From assembly GCA_041691135.1 (NCBI GenBank), contig JBEPVF010000009.1:1-60614 (forward strand): 60,614 nucleotides of DNA, read 5' to 3'. Position 1 is the first letter of the stretch; the number at the start of each line of letters is the position of its first letter. A program made the position numbers and the translations under genes. The notes beneath the pieces are model-generated. The model was not told the origin of the DNA. It saw nothing but the letters and a program-made list of their open reading frames with translations, and ran no database searches. The stretch comes from Candidatus Peribacteria bacterium (lineage in GTDB: Bacteria; Patescibacteriota; Gracilibacteria; Peribacterales; Peribacteraceae). Positions 59,901 through 60,614 of this stretch are shown piece after piece.

Positions 59901-60614
59901 CCGGCAATATCACCACGAGAGGCACTCTCTCCGGTGCATCCCTCACGGTCTCGGGCGTCACATCCTGCGCCAATCTGCAGACGTCTTCGGCCGGTGCCCT
60001 CTCCTGCGGCGCTACCTTCACGCAAACAACGGCAGATAGCAGATACGTCAACACGAGTGGCGATACCATGACCGGTGTCCTTGCTCTCACTACCGCCGTG
60101 GTGGGATCACAAGCACTTAAGACCAGTGTTCCGGGCGACACCAATTCTCGCTTCATCCTCGACAATGACGGAACGATGCTATGGGGATATGGATTCGCGG
60201 TTGCAGATATCCAACTGGTTCGTGCCGGCACCGGCGTTCTGCAATTCAAAGGTGTAAACGGTGCTGCCAATACCAAACTCCAGCTTCGCGGTCTCGCCTC
60301 GCAGAGTACCAACCTGCTCGAACTGCAGAATTCCGCCGGCACCAACCTCGCTGCCTTCGATCAGTCCGGTGCTCTCACGCTCAACACTGCTGCTCGCGCT
60401 CGTGAAGCCCTCAACGTGCGTGGCACGATGTCCGGTTCGTCTCTCACTGTCTCTTCGCTCCTCTCTTGCGCTTCGCTCCAGTCGTCCTCTATTGGCGCGC
60501 TCAGCTGCAACACCGGACTCACCACCACTGCCCTCGACGCCCGCTACGTCAACACCTCTGGCGACACCATGACCGGCGCGCTCACCATCAAGAAGAACGC
60601 CGGATCCGCCACAG
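47903..60614 (+). CDS. Giant mosaic tail-fibre-like surface protein (>4,237 aa, 3' end outside the window)
   Basis: Hand translation from ATG 47903; all 14 RYVxxxGD[TS]MTG motifs up to 60542 are in the same frame; N-terminal ISYQGK...PRRQFSAVPYA domain; GNVGIGT-type fibre repeats; FG-GAP and LVIVD propellers. Confidence 0.92.
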   Translation, partial: MDDNLVIHRHQSALLIQETDMHTNPPAKGREDVVIDVASMVVRAKRMIAAMVLTTIVFSTLVPGGDINLLIGNTFAVPKAEAATGIFKPISYQGKITTSGGVAVADGKYNMRFKIYNATSSGTLLWTETWNSGNQLSLTGGLFSALLGSITPMTGVDFNTDNLYLQVEFDPANAATYPEVFSPRRQFSAVPYAHNADRLDGRDSTQFLWSDANTVGSGTLTIRPRDATKVGIDIQSNAGAAATAALKLSTQGANHILFGSGAANYDTNLYRSGVSTLKTDGNLKVGGTLSGGILHAEKLVTSSGTILSAGMIASRGTLSGAAITIMNGNSSILGKLAIGKSGTPNTQLEVVGTISGSIIHADRLLTASGNILATGNITARGSLSGASLTVSNLISCAGIQTTSAGALSCAAGLSQSSLDARYVNTSGDTMTGALSINITGGGKGTLGLIVRNTLSGATIHAESLLTSSGTILSTGNIKTRGTLSGAALTVMNGTSYLMGNVGINKTNPATALDVRGTISGSSLTINGSATVNGVSIFRPGIGDTALQTLVVGETLARFAIFNNGLIQWGQGLNSTKDIQIQRSNTGTLLLSALNNATSTKFQIRGLASQNASLFELLDSGNVVLAKFDQSGALTINAAARVREALNVRGTMSGSSLTVSSLISCAALQSSGIGALSCNTGLTQTALDSRYVNVAGDTMTGALLINYNGIGLNVNGSMSGSRLFTNSAVFTASGASSVPITIRSANHQTANLVELRNTGGTLLAQMDKYGSLRYMVRPVTLGSDIGLYATGSANGSVSLAVLGTDDYVQLGPINFNVTNGLRIGNALYNGNTGNVGIGGALSNLTTTAAKLNVLGTAKEKIVAVFQGVAAQTGSLLELQNNNATVLAKFDQSGALTITAAARVREALNVRGTLSGSSLTVSSLISCAALQTSSAGALSCATALTQSSLDARYVNTSGDSMTGALSINITGGGKGSLGLIVRNTLSGAVIHAETNLTSSGTVLSTGNITTRGTLSGAAFTIMNGASYILGNLSVGTNGNAGSAKLNVNGTISGSQLFVSGTGASPLLYTSGGRVGVGTTGLGGTVNAPFTIRQNTAAFNGNTVGYIVSVNRINSDIAALAFGANTSNNAIITSNNSDLLLGRTSAGTFTESLRLLNTNGNVGIGTNTPGSRLSVSGSVIIGSNIGSIVAKSGQALEVVGSMSGSSLTVSSLPSCESIKTSSAGALSCATALTQSSLDARYVNTSGDSMTGALSINITGGGKGSLGLIIRNTLSGAVIHAESLLTSSGTILSTGNIRTRGTLSGAALTVMNGTSYLMGNVGIGKTSPTTKLDVLGTISGSALTISGGSNTSYVMGKLGIGTTTPQQGLDLAAGKQFVMEMSAPTGVSAVIASGGTLTAATTYYYEVTHLDILSGQTVASSEVSATPNSGSQSVTVSWSIQNGAFTHKIYRTTVAGSYGASSLIGIASGANTFTDTGSNVLASGTPPSVTTAYMVQFHNPSSGMATFHGASLALDNGFGLSFENSAGSLFSALSVTSANNVALNAPSIGGSLQLQTFGAGSTNGIYFYTNSNATPRMGIANSGRVSIGLGNTLPGSLLSVSGAVIFSKTGNLGSTAAKAGQTLEVVGAMSGASLTVSNLSSCESIQTSSAGALSCSTAQTLSSLDARYVNTSGDTMTGALSINITGGGKGTLGLIVRNTLSGATIHAESLLTSSGTILSTGNIKTRGTLSGAALTIMNGASYVMGNLSVGTTGNAGSAKLNVAGTMSGRQLVISGTGASPLLYTSGGRVSIGTTAATARLQVAGATGDNTDLALNITDSGGTSLFSIRNDGKALFTPSSTQGLTVTRSTDNSALSPFDAPAYLSLQNLDSTNGSHITQKFLLAGGESAYIDAERPVDDSAVLKFGFRTSLTVTAFEAMRITSNGNVGIGTTAPKGRLSVAGSGSFTGSLSGASLTINNLISCSNLQTSSAGALSCGATFTQSTADNRYVNTSGDTMTGALSINITGGGKGTLGLIVRNTLSGATIHAESLLTSSGTILSTGNIKTRGTLSGAALTVMNGASSILGNLTVGATSNPGSAKLNVVGTLSGTSLTVSSLITCAALQTSSVGALSCNTGLTGTALDARYVKKQGDSMTGALQVPTASLSGTLLASKTGFDQSFNIVNAGLATNGTTRINAAGNLVNIASIQAGEANFSGVGTFLSKTDFTTGSAPMAVATADFNGDGRSDIVTANYTANSISILISTGSSTFTAKTDYTTGTGPRGVVTADINGDGKQDVVTANSGASTISVFLNNSNAGTFAAKTDYSVGLGARSVASADVNGDGRLDIVTANYGAGTVSVLINNGNNSFATKVDYATASRPISVALGDLNGDGRADIAVASDTPSSLVSVLLNNGNGTFATKVDYVDNSDVPSSISIGDVNGDKVPDLLAGHGTNSASTFINRGNGTFNNGNGNINGDTGGISFISGDVNGDGKTDALLGSSDGVGITVSIGNGNNRFTSLGTEYSVAAGGPIAMALGDFNGDGNPDIASVNGVSKVSVLLNTARPILYASAGTGGVVGIGTATPGSRLSISGAVVISINGNLGNKKAANGTALTVVGTISGSALTLNGTTNNSYILGKLGIGKSGTPNTQLEVNGSLSGSSLTVSNLISCASIQTSSAGALSCAAGLTQSSLDARYVNTSGDSMTGALSINITGGGKGTLGLIVRNTLSGAVIHAETNLTSSGTVLSTGNIATRGTLSGAALTIMNGASSILGNLTVGATSNPGSAKLNVVGTMSGTSLTVSSVTSCSNLQTSSVGALSCGATFTQTTADNRYVNTSGDTMTGALSINITGGGKGSLGLIIRNTLSGAVIHAESLVTSSGTILSTGNITTRGTLSGAALTIMNGASSILGNLTVGATGNPSTSKLNVAGSMSGRSLTITGTGSAPLLRTNVSVGTIIIGSGALSRGGSGAMAPQLFVGSRLLSTWTGSGATGSQPQSVAVQGRYAYVTTYTSRTLEIFDVGNPLTPQKISTLTLASPNRPFAISVQGRYAYLGEYDSNRFAVIDISNPFAPFLVSSIANISGVAAGAVYNAVAQGRYVIVGTNKGVKYIDVSDPVNPFVVGSASGSSVANGYPDSLAVQGRYVYYAGVDNKFHVVDGNNPSSPTEISTTNLLNSNQAFSVAVQGRYAYVGGRSFVTIFDISNPAAPLLLGETPNTGQDIHAVTISDRTLYAVGATNGILYAFDVSNPRLPKILAQQTIGSTFTGTQNLVAQGRYLYTNNQTNNTFNIFDIGGSYIQQLEAGDIETTTLSVKNYLSVANSADIAGGLIVGRGLQVQGASAFTNTSTGGYAVTITSNTGGLRIASQAKNGAYHILFGTGTTFDTNLYRSAAATLRTDGGFKVGGALSGASLTVNNLVSCEALKTSSAGALSCAVGLTQSGLDARYVNTSGDSMTGALSINITGGGKGSLGLIVRNTLSGAVIHAETNLTSSGTVLSTGNITTRGTLSGAALTIMNGASSILGNLTVGATGNPGSAKLNVAGTISGSLITISGTGTAATPLLYANGGRVSIATKSTIGQLTVGGSIAISSNNVFFTGIRTDGTIVQMLGIGSTDYTQLRSAGAALGVQIISTTATPLATILNNGNFGINTITPKAKLTVAGSGAFTGSLSGASLTVNNLISCEALQTSSVGALSCATALTQSSLDARYVNTSGDSMTGALSINITGGGKGTLGLIVRNTLSGAVIHAETNITSSGTVLSTGNIATRGTLSGAALTVMNGTSYVMGNLGVGTASPGAVNLSVLGTGTQASPTTINIGAPDNGTAGDSRLTLSQSTAVGDFQLLYAGTDARTDGRVGNDAYIEQGQGLHIRTRSNGVPFDSEIRVGNSTDGAISFLTNLKNNTGTTRMTIMATGNVGISTTTPKAKLSVSGSGTFTGSLSGASLTINNLVSCETLQTSSIGALSCSTAHTLVALDARYVNTSGDSMTGALSINVTGGGKGTLGLIVRNTLSGAVIHAETNLTSSGTVLSTGNITTRGTLSGASLTVSGVTSCANLQTSSAGALSCGATFTQTTADSRYVNTSGDTMTGVLALTTAVVGSQALKTSVPGDTNSRFILDNDGTMLWGYGFAVADIQLVRAGTGVLQFKGVNGAANTKLQLRGLASQSTNLLELQNSAGTNLAAFDQSGALTLNTAARAREALNVRGTMSGSSLTVSSLLSCASLQSSSIGALSCNTGLTTTALDARYVNTSGDTMTGALTIKKNAGSAT

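Noticed and set aside
49163-60570. CRISPR array or DGR template/variable repeats
   Set aside because: The repeats are in-frame coding modules at irregular 300-1800 nt spacing; no cas or reverse transcriptase gene, and differences are not obviously adenine-specific.
48247-60572. The many short ORFs listed across the right-hand 12 kb
   Set aside because: Antisense or off-frame shadows of the single giant + strand CDS, which the track omits because it has no stop in the window.

Overview
A 60.6-kb chromosomal window from a Patescibacteria/CPR bacterium, most likely Peribacteraceae/Peregrinibacteria-like. This is inferred from the 16S gene, a T4SS-type pilin, SLH and VanW genes and a giant fibre gene; code 11 is used. 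The first 39 kb holds scattered, mostly monocistronic housekeeping genes (lpdA, mdh, rpsF-rpsR, yebC, PBP1A, ftsX, recO, RNase HI, ctpA, ndk, rpmH, pheT, rpmB), a stand-alone 16S rRNA gene, tRNA-Ser(GGA) and several ORFans. The rest is a cell-surface region: a duplicated WxL/DUF916-like cassette, then an HTH-plus-TM gene coupled to a >4,200-aa mosaic tail-fibre-like adhesin that runs off the window and is missing from the ORF track. Main unexplained signals: (1) a ~340-nt intergenic element in two full copies and one partial copy, with a -10 box and compensatory stem changes, a candidate new multi-copy structured RNA; (2) a 16S tail lacking CCUCC plus a TAnnnT box 5-9 nt before about 24 start codons, suggesting leaderless-dominated translation; (3) a leader-peptide attenuator before an ORFan; (4) the modular fibre with 14 hinge motifs and a possibly domesticated transposase HTH. 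All calls are from reading the sequence; no searches were run.
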